Source: Longimicrobiales bacterium (GTDB lineage Bacteria; Gemmatimonadota; Gemmatimonadetes; Longimicrobiales; Gaopeijiaceae). Taken from it: 64,000 nt of DNA. Location of the stretch: contig OZ220732.1 in NCBI GenBank assembly GCA_965116905.1, positions 800,001 to 864,000 of the forward strand, in the 5' to 3' direction. The notes below the pieces were generated by a model, which was not told the DNA's origin, did no database searches, and saw only the letters and a program-made list of their open reading frames with translations. Shown here piece after piece: positions 16,109 through 25,662 of the stretch. Each line of letters starts with the position of its first letter. Position 1 is the stretch's first letter. The translations under genes and the position numbers were made by a program.

Positions 16109-17284
16109 TCAGCTTTCCACCAACCGATAAACCGCCACCGTCGGCACATCCATTTCCCCGCGCTGGCCGAGAAGCACCCAGTCCGGACCCGCGTCGAGGA
16201 CGGTCGAACCGGTCGGCATTGTGACGCGGCGAATCCACATGCCATCCGCGTCCAGCAGGTGCAGTTCCTGCTCCGATGACCGCCAGCCGTAGGTCGTCAC
16301 CCACATGCTGCCGTCCGGCAACGTCAGGAGAGCTTCGTAAGCCGGAAACTGCTCCGGCAGCCCATCCCTGATACCGGGCCACCGCTGCCTCTCGAAGCGT
16401 CTGCGGTCCTCGGGATCATCGTAGCGCGCCAGCCAGGCGTCCCGGTAGCTGTTCAGGCGCTCGCGCGTGACCGCCAGATCCGGCCCGCCCCAGCGCGCGA
16501 TGCGGGTCACGTCGCCGGTCCAGTCCATGTGTTCGAGTTCGTAGTCGTCGGCCGACCCATGCCAGACACCGGTCGGCGCGACCGCGAACACCATGCTCCG
16601 TCCCCACGTTCTGGGACCGTCGCCGCCGCCAGTCCGAGTGCGCTCCGTCCCCGCGATCCCGGAACGCAGGGCGACCTGCCCGCCGTCCCGCGCCAAACGC
16701 AGCTCCATTCGCCAGCGGTGATGCTCACCCGCGGCCACGGTCAGGTCGAATTCCGGCCACGGCGTGAAAACCAAATCCCCGTCAGACGTGCATGCGGGCT
16801 CGTTGTAGGAACTCACTCCTTCCGCGGTGAGCGACCGCGTGTCCGTCACTTCCCCGTCCTGATCCAGCTGGGTGATCCGGTCCAGATGCCAGTCGAAGAC
16901 CGTAACCGCCGCTCCCGGACAGTCCCGCAGCAGCCGGAGTCCCCCGTATTCCCCAGGCCCCTCGCCATGCCGTCCGCTGGTCCACATGTGCCGACCGCGC
17001 GAGTCGAACCTGCGGACATTGTAGCTCTGCTCGTCCACGACAACGACGCTCCCGTCGTCCAGGCGGACCGCACCGGTCACGTCGCCGAAGATGTACTCGA
17101 GATCCCCATCGATGCTGCCGATCCGCACCAGCGGCTCGTCCGCCAGAGTCAGGTCGGGGTCGCGCGGGCCGTCGCTCTCGACGACGGTCTGAAACGCGAA
17201 CGGGCCGGCCGACACGGCGAGGGCGGGGCTGGCGGCGAGGAGCAGCGCGGTGCTAGCGATGGCCGGGAACAAGCTGTTGCGCAT
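16109..17284 (-). CDS. Secreted six-bladed beta-propeller protein
   Basis: Signal peptide MRNSLFPAIASTALLLAASPALA, plus RIGSIDG..YIFG, GEGPGEY and PEQFPAYEAL, typical of this expanded family. Confidence 0.7.
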   Translation of the reverse strand: MRNSLFPAIASTALLLAASPALAVSAGPFAFQTVVESDGPRDPDLTLADEPLVRIGSIDGDLEYIFGDVTGAVRLDDGSVVVVDEQSYNVRRFDSRGRHMWTSGRHGEGPGEYGGLRLLRDCPGAAVTVFDWHLDRITQLDQDGEVTDTRSLTAEGVSSYNEPACTSDGDLVFTPWPEFDLTVAAGEHHRWRMELRLARDGGQVALRSGIAGTERTRTGGGDGPRTWGRSMVFAVAPTGVWHGSADDYELEHMDWTGDVTRIARWGGPDLAVTRERLNSYRDAWLARYDDPEDRRRFERQRWPGIRDGLPEQFPAYEALLTLPDGSMWVTTYGWRSSEQELHLLDADGMWIRRVTMPTGSTVLDAGPDWVLLGQRGEMDVPTVAVYRLVES

Positions 17285-17481
17285 GGGTCGTTTCTTCCAG
17301 AAGCGGATCTCAACCTTCTCACGACTTGGACACGGACGCCAGCCGGACGGTTGCTCACCCAACGCAACCGTCTTCGTCCAGTGCAATGTCGTATGGTACA
17401 GGTACAGCCGTGTCCGAGCGTTAGTACAGCTTACGGAACAAACTGAACTACGAGCACGACGCCACCTGCAAGGGGGGATGC

Positions 17482-18699
17482 ATGTCCAGCCCAGTCTTCG
17501 CAAGCTGTCTCGCCGCAGTCCTCGCACTGTCCGCCACCACCCACCAACCCCTCTCCCCCCAACAGCCCTCCACCGTCACCGACAGCGCCGGCGTCCTGAT
17601 CGTCGAGACCACCAGCCCGGCCTGGCCACCCGGCACCGGCTGGCGGCTCGCCACCGACCCCACCCTCACCATCGGCGACGAATCGGGCGACCTCAACTAC
17701 ATGTTCGAAGGCGTCTCGCAGGCGTTTCGCCTGGACGATGGGACGATCGTCGTCGTCGACCGTCTCGCCAGCCAGATCAGCCTGTTCGACCCTGCCGGCG
17801 TCTTCATCCGCGATCTCGGAGGCCGGGGCGAGGGTCCCGGCGAGTTCCAAATCCTGCACTACGTGTGGGCCAGGGGCGACACCGTTTGGGCTTCCGACGG
17901 CCTGCTGAGCCGGGTTTCCGTTTTCGACCGCAATGGAGACGTGCTGGAGACCATTCCGGTGGAGGTGGCGCCGGGCATGGGGTCTGCGACCGCTCACACA
18001 CAGTTCGCCGATGGCGCGATCCTCGTGTTGAATGCATCGTCCGGCGGTGTGCGCCTGGGCTCAGGAGACGTCATCGAAGGTGGTGTCTGGACGCTCAGCC
18101 GGTACTCCGTCGGCGGCCGGTTCATGAACGCGATCTCCGGCCTGCGCGGGTCCTCGCGGTGGGAGCATGGCATTCAGGGGCTGTCTCCCGGCGTGTATCT
18201 GCCGTTTTCCGTGGGCACGCCCGCCTACGTGGCCGGCGACGACTACATCTACGCCGGAAGGGGCGTCGAGCCGAGCATCGGACGATGGAGCAACGACGGG
18301 ACGCTGTCCCACCTGATCCGTTGGGCAGCTCCGGAGCGGCCGGTATCCGACCGGGAGAGGCGGCGGTTCCGCGAGGCCAGTTCCGAGGGACCCCGCTACG
18401 TCGAACCCACCGCCTGGGCCCGCTACCTGCGCGAGGTCCCGTTTCCCGATCGAATCCCCGTGTACAGGCGACTGCTTCTCGACACGGAGCAGCACGTGTG
18501 GGCGGAGCGCTACCGGGCCCCCTGGGAGGACACGCCCTCCTGGTACGTGTTCGACGAGCAGGGAGCATGGCTGGGCGAGGTCGCCACGCCGCCCGGTCTC
18601 CACGTCTTCGAGATCGGCAGCGACTACGTGCTGGGCCGCTACCGGGACGAATTTGACGTGCAGTCGGTCGTCATGATTCCGCTGGATCGGGGGGATTGA
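17482..18699 (+). CDS. Secreted six-bladed beta-propeller protein (paralogue of the divergent neighbour)
   Basis: Signal peptide, VTDSAGVLIVE, GGRGEGPGEF, FPDRIPVY and YVLGRYRDEFDVQSV. Confidence 0.75.
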   Translation: MSSPVFASCLAAVLALSATTHQPLSPQQPSTVTDSAGVLIVETTSPAWPPGTGWRLATDPTLTIGDESGDLNYMFEGVSQAFRLDDGTIVVVDRLASQISLFDPAGVFIRDLGGRGEGPGEFQILHYVWARGDTVWASDGLLSRVSVFDRNGDVLETIPVEVAPGMGSATAHTQFADGAILVLNASSGGVRLGSGDVIEGGVWTLSRYSVGGRFMNAISGLRGSSRWEHGIQGLSPGVYLPFSVGTPAYVAGDDYIYAGRGVEPSIGRWSNDGTLSHLIRWAAPERPVSDRERRRFREASSEGPRYVEPTAWARYLREVPFPDRIPVYRRLLLDTEQHVWAERYRAPWEDTPSWYVFDEQGAWLGEVATPPGLHVFEIGSDYVLGRYRDEFDVQSVVMIPLDRGD

Positions 18700-19282
18700 C
18701 GCGCCGTCCGTCCAACCGCGCATTCACCCACCCCACCACCACACTCCCCGCAATCCCGATCATGGCCGCGACACTGTTCCTGACCACATCGAAGTTGTCG
18801 TACACCCGGTTCGGAATGAGCGCCTGGAGTCCCTCGTCGATCCAGCCCAGCGCCACGGTCGCCACCAGCGCGAGCACCGCCGGCGCCCGCACCCGGCGCC
18901 CATTCCGCGCCCGCTCGCTCAGCGCCTGGTAGATCAGCACGGCAACGATTCCGTACTCGAACAGGTGGGTGCGCTCCTCCATGGTGCCGCCCATCCTGAC
19001 CACCGCCATCGCGTAGACCGCCGTGACGCCCAGCGCCACCCACACCTCGCGCCCCCTGGGCCGCCGTTTCAGCCCGCTTCCCACGATCGCCGCCACCGTG
19101 GCCAGCATCAGGACGAGCACCGCGGCCGGCAGGAGGTCGTGTTCCCGCAGCAATTCGGCCAGCGATCCCGCCAGCCCCAGCGTGGAATAGATGGCGACCA
19201 CGACCGCCAGCGCGCAGAACCATAGGCGCCGTTCCCGCCGGGAGGTGAAGAGTTGGGTGTGACTGGTCATGGAGTTCGTCAT
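18671..19282 (-). CDS. VanZ-like membrane protein
   Basis: Several TM segments, ERTHLFEYG and IDEGLQALIPNRVYDNFDV. Confidence 0.7.
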   Translation of the reverse strand: MTNSMTSHTQLFTSRRERRLWFCALAVVVAIYSTLGLAGSLAELLREHDLLPAAVLVLMLATVAAIVGSGLKRRPRGREVWVALGVTAVYAMAVVRMGGTMEERTHLFEYGIVAVLIYQALSERARNGRRVRAPAVLALVATVALGWIDEGLQALIPNRVYDNFDVVRNSVAAMIGIAGSVVVGWVNARLDGRRVNPPDPAES

Positions 19283-19353
19283 GGGGTTCGGTCGGCGCGC
19301 TTCTCGGCGTTGCCTATGCTCTTGTCCGGGCCGTTATCATCGTTAAGACACGG

Positions 19354-19403
19354 TGATCAGTGTTTCATCAGTGAATCATCATTATTTCATCATTGTCTCA
19401 CGA
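19354..19403 (+). promoter_or_regulatory. Array of 11-bp-phased direct repeats (probable transcription-factor binding sites)
   Basis: TGATCA (19354), TCATCA (19365, 19376, 19387) and TCACGA (19398), exactly 11 bp apart in an AT-rich divergent intergenic region. Confidence 0.6.
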
Positions 19404-19429
19404 TACATGACTGAGAAGGAGTTGGTTCC

Positions 19430-20737
19430 ATGCGCAAGCGCATCCTCACGTTCGCTGCGGCGCTGATCGCCGTTCTCGCGATATCGGCGATATCGGCCTG
19501 CAAGGAAAGTCCGGTCGTGCCGCCGCCCCCACCTCCGCCGCCCCCGCCACCCCCGCCCATGCCGTTCCAGCCCGGGCCGCTGGGGGCCGTCACGGTGGCG
19601 CCGGGCGAGGCGGTACAGATCCGCACGCTGCTCTCGATCAGGGTAGCGCCCACGCTGGGGGCCGTGGCCAGGCGCGGGACCGAGTTCGCGGTCAACGACA
19701 TGGGCACCGTCAACGGGCGCCAGATCGAGCTGGGCAACCCCGTCGACACCAGCTGTTCGCCGGTCGGCGGCCGTGCGGGCGCGCTCGGAATCACCGGTGA
19801 TCCGAGGGTGGCCGGCATCATCGGCACGAACTGTTCGGCCGCCGCCGTTGCGGCGTCGCCCATCGTCAGCGAGGCGGGCATGGTCATGATTTCGCCAAGC
19901 AACACATCGCCTCGCCTGACCTCGGACCTGGCCGGCAACGCGAGCCCCGACTATCACCCCGGCTACCATCGCGTGGCGTCCAACGATCTTCACCAGGCTC
20001 GCGCTCTCTCGGACTTCGTCTACAACGAGCTGGGGCTGCGGACCGTGGGCACCGTTCACGACGGCGATCCGTACACCACCGCCCTGGTGGAGGCGTTCGC
20101 AAACGCGTTCGGGGCCCTCGGCGGCGAAGTGCCGGTTCAGGCCGCCATCGAGAAGGGCGCTACCGACATGACGGACGTTCTCGTGGAGTTCGCGGCCGCT
20201 GGCCCGGACGCCGTTTTCTTCCCGCTGTTCGTAAGCGAAGGGACGGCCTTTGCCGCCCAGGCGCGGGCCTTCGACGGGCTTGAAGGGACGACCCTGATTT
20301 CAGCCGCGGCGCTGCTGGTCTCCGATTTCCTGGGCACGCCGCAGTCGGAGGGAATGTACTTTGCCGGACCGGAGGCGGACTTCGTTGCGAACACGAACGA
20401 GGTGACGGGACGAAACGGCCAGCAGGTGCTGCAAGCGTTCGAGAACCGGTACGGCAGTGTCCCGGGGTCGCCCTACTGGGCGCACAGCTACGACGCGGCC
20501 ACAATCCTCCTCTCGGCCATCGGGTCGGTGGCCGTGGAGGTGGGCGACACGATGTACATCGACCGGGCACAGCTTCGCGACGCGGTCGGTGCGACCAACC
20601 TCAGTGGCCTGATCGGGAACGTTTCCTGCGATGCCTTCGGCGACTGCGGCACGGGGCGGATGAACATCTACCACCACCCGGACATCAGCGTCACGGACAT
20701 CGCCATGCTGCCGGTCGTCTACGTGTACAGTCCGTAG
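19430..20737 (+). CDS. Branched-chain amino acid ABC transporter substrate-binding lipoprotein (LivJ/K family)
   Basis: AAGGAG RBS, lipobox-like ISAC, poly-Pro linker, GIIGTNCS, MISPSNTSP and YHRVASND. No permease or ATPase genes adjacent. Confidence 0.8.
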   Translation: MRKRILTFAAALIAVLAISAISACKESPVVPPPPPPPPPPPPPMPFQPGPLGAVTVAPGEAVQIRTLLSIRVAPTLGAVARRGTEFAVNDMGTVNGRQIELGNPVDTSCSPVGGRAGALGITGDPRVAGIIGTNCSAAAVAASPIVSEAGMVMISPSNTSPRLTSDLAGNASPDYHPGYHRVASNDLHQARALSDFVYNELGLRTVGTVHDGDPYTTALVEAFANAFGALGGEVPVQAAIEKGATDMTDVLVEFAAAGPDAVFFPLFVSEGTAFAAQARAFDGLEGTTLISAAALLVSDFLGTPQSEGMYFAGPEADFVANTNEVTGRNGQQVLQAFENRYGSVPGSPYWAHSYDAATILLSAIGSVAVEVGDTMYIDRAQLRDAVGATNLSGLIGNVSCDAFGDCGTGRMNIYHHPDISVTDIAMLPVVYVYSP

Positions 20738-20804
20738 AGGCAGGCGGGCGGCGGGAGGCGGCGGCCGGCGCGCGGCGGGCGGGAGGCGAGCGACAGCCCC
20801 CCCC

Positions 20805-21809
20805 TCAGGGCACCAGCACCGTACAGCCCTGCGTCTCCCTCGATTCCAGCGCGCGGTGCGCCTCGGCAGCCTCCGCAAGCCGAAACCGCTGCCCGACGGT
20901 GATCCGGATGCGGCCGGCCTCGATGTGTCCCAGCAGCTCTCCGGCCGCCTCTTCCAGGTCTTCGCGGCGCTCGATGTAGGGCTTGAGCGAGGGGCGCGCC
21001 ACGGTGATCCCCCTGGCGCTCAGCCGCAGGAGGTCGAGCGGCGGCACCGCGCCCGAGGCGTTGCCGAAGGTGATCATCATGCCGAACCGGCTCAGGCACT
21101 CCATCGAGCCGTCGAAGGTGGCCTTGCCAACGCCGTCGAAGACCACGGGGACCCCTTCGCCGCCCGTGATCCCGGCCACCCGCTCCACGAAGTCCTCTTC
21201 CTTGTACAGGATCACGTGGTCGCATCCGTGCGCGCGGGCCACGTCGCCCTTCTCCGCGCTCCCCACGGTGCCGATCACGGTGGCACCCAGCGCCTTGCAC
21301 CACTGGCTGAGGATCGTGCCCACCCCGCCCGCAGCCGCATGCACGAGCACGGTCTCGCCCGCACTCAGCCGATAGGTGCGGCGGCAGAGGTACCACGACG
21401 TCATCCCCTTCAGCATCGCCGCCGCGGCCGTCTCGGAGTCCACGCCGTCGGGGATCGGGACCAGCTGCCCCGTCGGCATCACCCGCCGCTCGCAGTAGGC
21501 GCCCAGCCCGAACCCGTACGCGACCCGGTCGCCGGGCTGGAAGGAAGGCGCCGCCCGGTCCGCCGGCTCTCCCCCGCCCGCCGGCCCCACCGCCTCCACC
21601 ACCCCCGCGGCCTCCATCCCGATCGCGGTCGGCAGCGACGGCACGGGATACAGCCCGCTGCGGTGATACGTGTCGATGAAGTTCAGTCCGATCGCTTCAT
21701 GCCGGACGAGCACCTCGCCCGGGCCGGGCTCGGACAGCGGGACTTCTTCCCGGCGCAGCACCTCGGGACCCCCGAGTTCGTGGATGCGGACGGCTTTTGT
21801 CGTGTTCAT
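20805..21809 (-). CDS. qor: NADPH:quinone oxidoreductase (zeta-crystallin family)
   Basis: GGPEVL, GLNFIDTYHRSGLYP, HAAAGGVG and VFDGVGK. Confidence 0.9.
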   Translation of the reverse strand: MNTTKAVRIHELGGPEVLRREEVPLSEPGPGEVLVRHEAIGLNFIDTYHRSGLYPVPSLPTAIGMEAAGVVEAVGPAGGGEPADRAAPSFQPGDRVAYGFGLGAYCERRVMPTGQLVPIPDGVDSETAAAAMLKGMTSWYLCRRTYRLSAGETVLVHAAAGGVGTILSQWCKALGATVIGTVGSAEKGDVARAHGCDHVILYKEEDFVERVAGITGGEGVPVVFDGVGKATFDGSMECLSRFGMMITFGNASGAVPPLDLLRLSARGITVARPSLKPYIERREDLEEAAGELLGHIEAGRIRITVGQRFRLAEAAEAHRALESRETQGCTVLVP

Positions 21810-21866
21810 GGTCGCACTCGTGGCTCGTGGTCGTAAGCGGCCCGCCGGGCTAACCGCCCTGGGCGG

Positions 21867-22718
21867 TCAGTTCCGCATGCTGACCCTGGTGGTTCCGCTC
21901 ACGCTCATCGAGAGCGGAGGCATCCCCGCCGCCGACATCGTGCCCTCCATCTCGCGTTCGGCCTCCTGATACGCCGGCAGGCCGCGTTCCGCGTCCCAGA
22001 GAATGAAGCCCGCAGTGGAGCCCGCCATGCTCTGCGTCATCGCCATTCCGGCCACGCTTCCCTCCGCCTCGGCGGACACCTCGCCCGACATCGCGAAGTT
22101 CAGGAGCGACCGCCCGTCCACGAGCGTGTCTCCGACCAGCGTATAGGTCATGATCCCCGTCGACGTCGTCTCCATCGCGTCGATGTCGGCGGTCCACGTT
22201 ACCGTGTCCACCCACATCCCGCCCGGCTCCACCACGGCATCGGGGAGCGGTGGCAGCAGCTGGTACGCGAGGGCAGCGAACGGCGACAACTGCGCGGCGG
22301 CACCCGAAAGCTCGGGCAGCGAGGCGATTTCGACGTCGCCCCGGCGGCCGATCATGTAGTCCAGCGTCCCGCTCACGTCGTCCCCGTCGACCGACTGCGT
22401 GCCCGTCATCGGATCCTGGGAGGAAGCCGTGAAGTGTTCGACGCTTCCCATCACCCGCACCCCCTCCGCGGCGCGCTCGAAGGTCATCGCCAGCGTCAGG
22501 TCGGTGCCGGAGTTCACCATCATGTCGCCCATCGGCGTGCTGACGGCCACGGCCATCGTGTCGGTCATCTGGAAGGTCGCCGTCGGCGGCGTCGGCACGT
22601 CGTAGGCCAGCGGACGGGCGGGCGCGGGTCCACCGTACCCGGAACAGGCGGCAAGGGCTGCGGTGGCGGCGGTCGCGAGCGCGGTCGTGATGATCCTGGG
22701 TGCGTTGCTGCTGTTCAC
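21867..22718 (-). CDS. Hypothetical beta-rich lipoprotein
   Basis: GTG start after a GAGGGG RBS, lipobox ALAAC and coding-like composition. Confidence 0.65.
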   Translation of the reverse strand: MNSSNAPRIITTALATAATAALAACSGYGGPAPARPLAYDVPTPPTATFQMTDTMAVAVSTPMGDMMVNSGTDLTLAMTFERAAEGVRVMGSVEHFTASSQDPMTGTQSVDGDDVSGTLDYMIGRRGDVEIASLPELSGAAAQLSPFAALAYQLLPPLPDAVVEPGGMWVDTVTWTADIDAMETTSTGIMTYTLVGDTLVDGRSLLNFAMSGEVSAEAEGSVAGMAMTQSMAGSTAGFILWDAERGLPAYQEAEREMEGTMSAAGMPPLSMSVSGTTRVSMRN

Positions 22719-22883
22719 GGTTCCCCTCAGTGTGTGTGTGCCCCGCCTTTCCGACCGCATCCGTTCGGTTCGCGGCCGTCGCTGGCGGGGCAAGAGCGAC
22801 CCTGACGCTACGTCAAGAGCTTAGCATCATCCGGATCGATCTGCCAAAGCGCAGCCGGAGCATATCACTAGCTTCATGGTAGC

Positions 22884-25154
22884 ATGGTCGCGATCACCAA
22901 CACGCGGGAGAGCCCGGGCATGATCTGTATGATCCAGAGGATCCGGTCATGCCTGAGGCACGGAATCGCGGCGCGACCTGGTACGGCCGTGGCGGCCGGG
23001 CTGATGATCGCCGTGTGGGTCTCCGCATGCGGGGACGGCGGCACCGAGCCTCCACCCGCACCCCTACCTCCCGACCCGCCCCGCGCCACGACGGTGACCG
23101 TGACGCCGGCGGCCGCCGAGCTGACGGCGCTGGGCGCCACGGTGCAGCTGACGGCCGAGGTTCGCGACCAGAACGGACAGGTGATGGCGGGGGCCACGGT
23201 CGCGTGGTCGAGCAGCGATGCGTCCGTCGCCGCGGTGGACGGATCGGGGCTGGTGACGGCCGTCTCCGAAGGCACGGCCACGATCTCCGCCACCGCGGGT
23301 AATGCCCAGGGAACTGCCCGAATCACCGTGGCCTACCCGAGCCCCGATCCGCCTTATCGGGGCACCGTCTTCCTGGACCCGGACATCATCCTTCCATCGG
23401 ACACCACGGATTTCGTGGGTCTCGAGCCGGCGGGCCGCGGCGAGCGGCTCGTCTACGACCGGCGCCCCGCGAGGTGGATCACGATCCAGGCCTACCTGTT
23501 CGACGCCACCTTTGCCAACGGGCCGACCACCGAATTCCAGGTCAACCCCGAGTTCGGCACCTGGACGGAGGCCGAGGCGGCAGCCCGCGAATACGCGCCC
23601 GCGATCGGCCGGATTCCGGCTGCACTTCGGGAGGACGTGGACGCCGTCTGGATACACCGGGGCGACGAGGCGTTCGGAGGCGGGAACCGCTCGCTGCTCG
23701 TACACACCGGTCGCGGCGAAGAATACCGGCAACAGGGCTTCCTCGCGGAGGCGCTTGTCCATGAGGGTGTTCATACGTCGCTCGATTCGACGCATGCGGA
23801 CGCCCCCGGGTGGCGGGCGGCGCAGGCAGCCGACCCCACGTTCATCTCGACCTATGCCCGGGATTACCCCGACCGCGAAGACCTGGCCGAGAGCTTCAGC
23901 GCCTGGCTGGCCGTCAGGCACCGCGGGGACCGCATCACCGAAGGAATGGCGGACACGATCACGGCGGCGATCCCCCACCGCCTCGCCTACTTCGACAGCC
24001 TGGACCTCGACCTCTGCCCCGTTGCCGGCGGAGCGGCGTGCGAGGTGCGGGCGACGTGGACGCTGTCAGGCACCGTCAGTCACGGATGGGCCGATCCCGA
24101 GTCCAGGCCCTCGGTGGCGAATCCCGGCGGCCGAGTCGCTGGTGCCGTTGTCGAGATCGTCGATGGCCCCGACGCCGGACGGCAGGCGACGACGGACGAT
24201 CACGGTCGCTACCTGCTGGAATCCCTGGAAGAGGCCCGGGTCACCGTTCGCGCAACTGCAGAGGGGTTCGCGCCGGTCGACCGAGCTCTGGTCCTGGCTT
24301 CGGACACGGCTCTTGCGTTTGCCATCTCCCGTGAGCTGCCGCCCCGGAGACCGCCGACCCCGTTCCCCGACACGGATCCCGAATGGCTCCGGACGCTGTC
24401 CTCCGACTATCCGCACGCGCATCACATGGGCAACGTTCGCGTGTTCTCCGACATCAGCTCGGCCTTCAGCGAGGAGCACGCGGAGCATCTGAGCCAGGTG
24501 TGGGACTTCTTCGATGCGCTCTATGCCGAAAACCGCGGCGACTACGTCGATGCCTACTACACATCGGATTCGACGGTCTTCAAGAAGGTCGTGCCGCACT
24601 GTCCGACGACCTTCATCGCTGGCGCCCGAAACTTGACGTCCTGCTATCTCGACTACCCGCGCTGGTTCATCATCCCCTACCAGATCCCGGACCTGGGCAC
24701 CCAGTTGCACGAGATAGGCCACGACTTCGCCTTCGCGACATGGCCCCAAGCGTGGGAAACCTCCAACTGGTTTGTCGAAGGGACGGCCATGTACTTCGAG
24801 GGCGGTGTGTTCACCGACGACGGCTCGCTCCGGGTCCCGGCGCCACTTCCGTATTGTACGGACCTGTTCCGGCGGCATGACCAGCAGGGCGGTCTCATGC
24901 CCCTCGAGCAGCTACTCCGCCTCAGCCGCGATGCCTTCCTTGAGGACAACCTGCGCACCTACTCGCAGTCGTGCATGCTGTTCGACTACCTGGAGCGCCA
25001 CGAGCCGGGCGTTCTGTACGCGCTCATCCACCGCATCAACGCCGGCCGGATTCCGTCCAACGACGACCTGATCGCCGCGCTCCTCGAACTGACCGGGACG
25101 TCCGTCAGCGAGCTCGAGGAGGCCTACGAGTCCTATTCGCGGATCGCCGGGTGA
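22884..25154 (+). CDS. Ig-like (Big_2) lipoprotein with two zincin-like metallopeptidase domains and a carboxypeptidase-regulatory-like domain
   Basis: VSAC lipobox, Big_2 repeat (WSSSDASVAAVDGSGLVTAV), HEGVH...EDLAESF, GAVVEIVDG...ATTDDHGRYLL and HEIGH...WFVEGTAMY. The true start may be downstream of 22884. Confidence 0.75.
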   Translation: MVAITNTRESPGMICMIQRIRSCLRHGIAARPGTAVAAGLMIAVWVSACGDGGTEPPPAPLPPDPPRATTVTVTPAAAELTALGATVQLTAEVRDQNGQVMAGATVAWSSSDASVAAVDGSGLVTAVSEGTATISATAGNAQGTARITVAYPSPDPPYRGTVFLDPDIILPSDTTDFVGLEPAGRGERLVYDRRPARWITIQAYLFDATFANGPTTEFQVNPEFGTWTEAEAAAREYAPAIGRIPAALREDVDAVWIHRGDEAFGGGNRSLLVHTGRGEEYRQQGFLAEALVHEGVHTSLDSTHADAPGWRAAQAADPTFISTYARDYPDREDLAESFSAWLAVRHRGDRITEGMADTITAAIPHRLAYFDSLDLDLCPVAGGAACEVRATWTLSGTVSHGWADPESRPSVANPGGRVAGAVVEIVDGPDAGRQATTDDHGRYLLESLEEARVTVRATAEGFAPVDRALVLASDTALAFAISRELPPRRPPTPFPDTDPEWLRTLSSDYPHAHHMGNVRVFSDISSAFSEEHAEHLSQVWDFFDALYAENRGDYVDAYYTSDSTVFKKVVPHCPTTFIAGARNLTSCYLDYPRWFIIPYQIPDLGTQLHEIGHDFAFATWPQAWETSNWFVEGTAMYFEGGVFTDDGSLRVPAPLPYCTDLFRRHDQQGGLMPLEQLLRLSRDAFLEDNLRTYSQSCMLFDYLERHEPGVLYALIHRINAGRIPSNDDLIAALLELTGTSVSELEEAYESYSRIAG

Positions 25155-25208
25155 GGTGACCTTCGGCACCCGGGCATGGGCTGGGTCCTGTGCATGGGCT
25201 GGGTCCAG

Positions 25209-25652
25209 CTAATCCGCTTCGAAATCCGACCCCTTGTGCGACCCGTCGCAGAAGGGCTTCGTCGACGACAGGCCGCAGCGGCAAAGCGCCCCCTTCGTCC
25301 CCTCCGACATCGCGCCGTCCGACCCCACCACGGTCAGCGGCCCGCGCACCAGCAGCGGCCCGTTCGTCGCGCACACGATGCGCACCGGCGCGCCCGCCGC
25401 CTCGGCGTCCGCGTCCGCCTTTTCTGCGTCCGCGTCGCGGCCCGGCACCAGGCGCCCTCCCTGGATCACACCCGGATCGTCGAACCCGACGATGTTGTGC
25501 GTTCCGTCGCAGAACGGCTTGTTGGACGAGTGGCCGCACCGGCACAGCGCGACATCGTCCGTGTCCGCCACGATCTTTCCGCCGACCTCGACCTCGATCC
25601 GCCCGGTCAGGCACAGGGGCCCGGCGGCGGGCACGTCGGCCACATTGCTCAT
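25209..25652 (-). CDS. Tandem CDGSH iron-sulfur domain protein
   Basis: LCRCGHSSNKPFCDGTH and LCRCGLSSTKPFCDGSH. Confidence 0.92.
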   Translation of the reverse strand: MSNVADVPAAGPLCLTGRIEVEVGGKIVADTDDVALCRCGHSSNKPFCDGTHNIVGFDDPGVIQGGRLVPGRDADAEKADADAEAAGAPVRIVCATNGPLLVRGPLTVVGSDGAMSEGTKGALCRCGLSSTKPFCDGSHKGSDFEAD

Positions 25653-25662
25653 CGTCGTCTCC

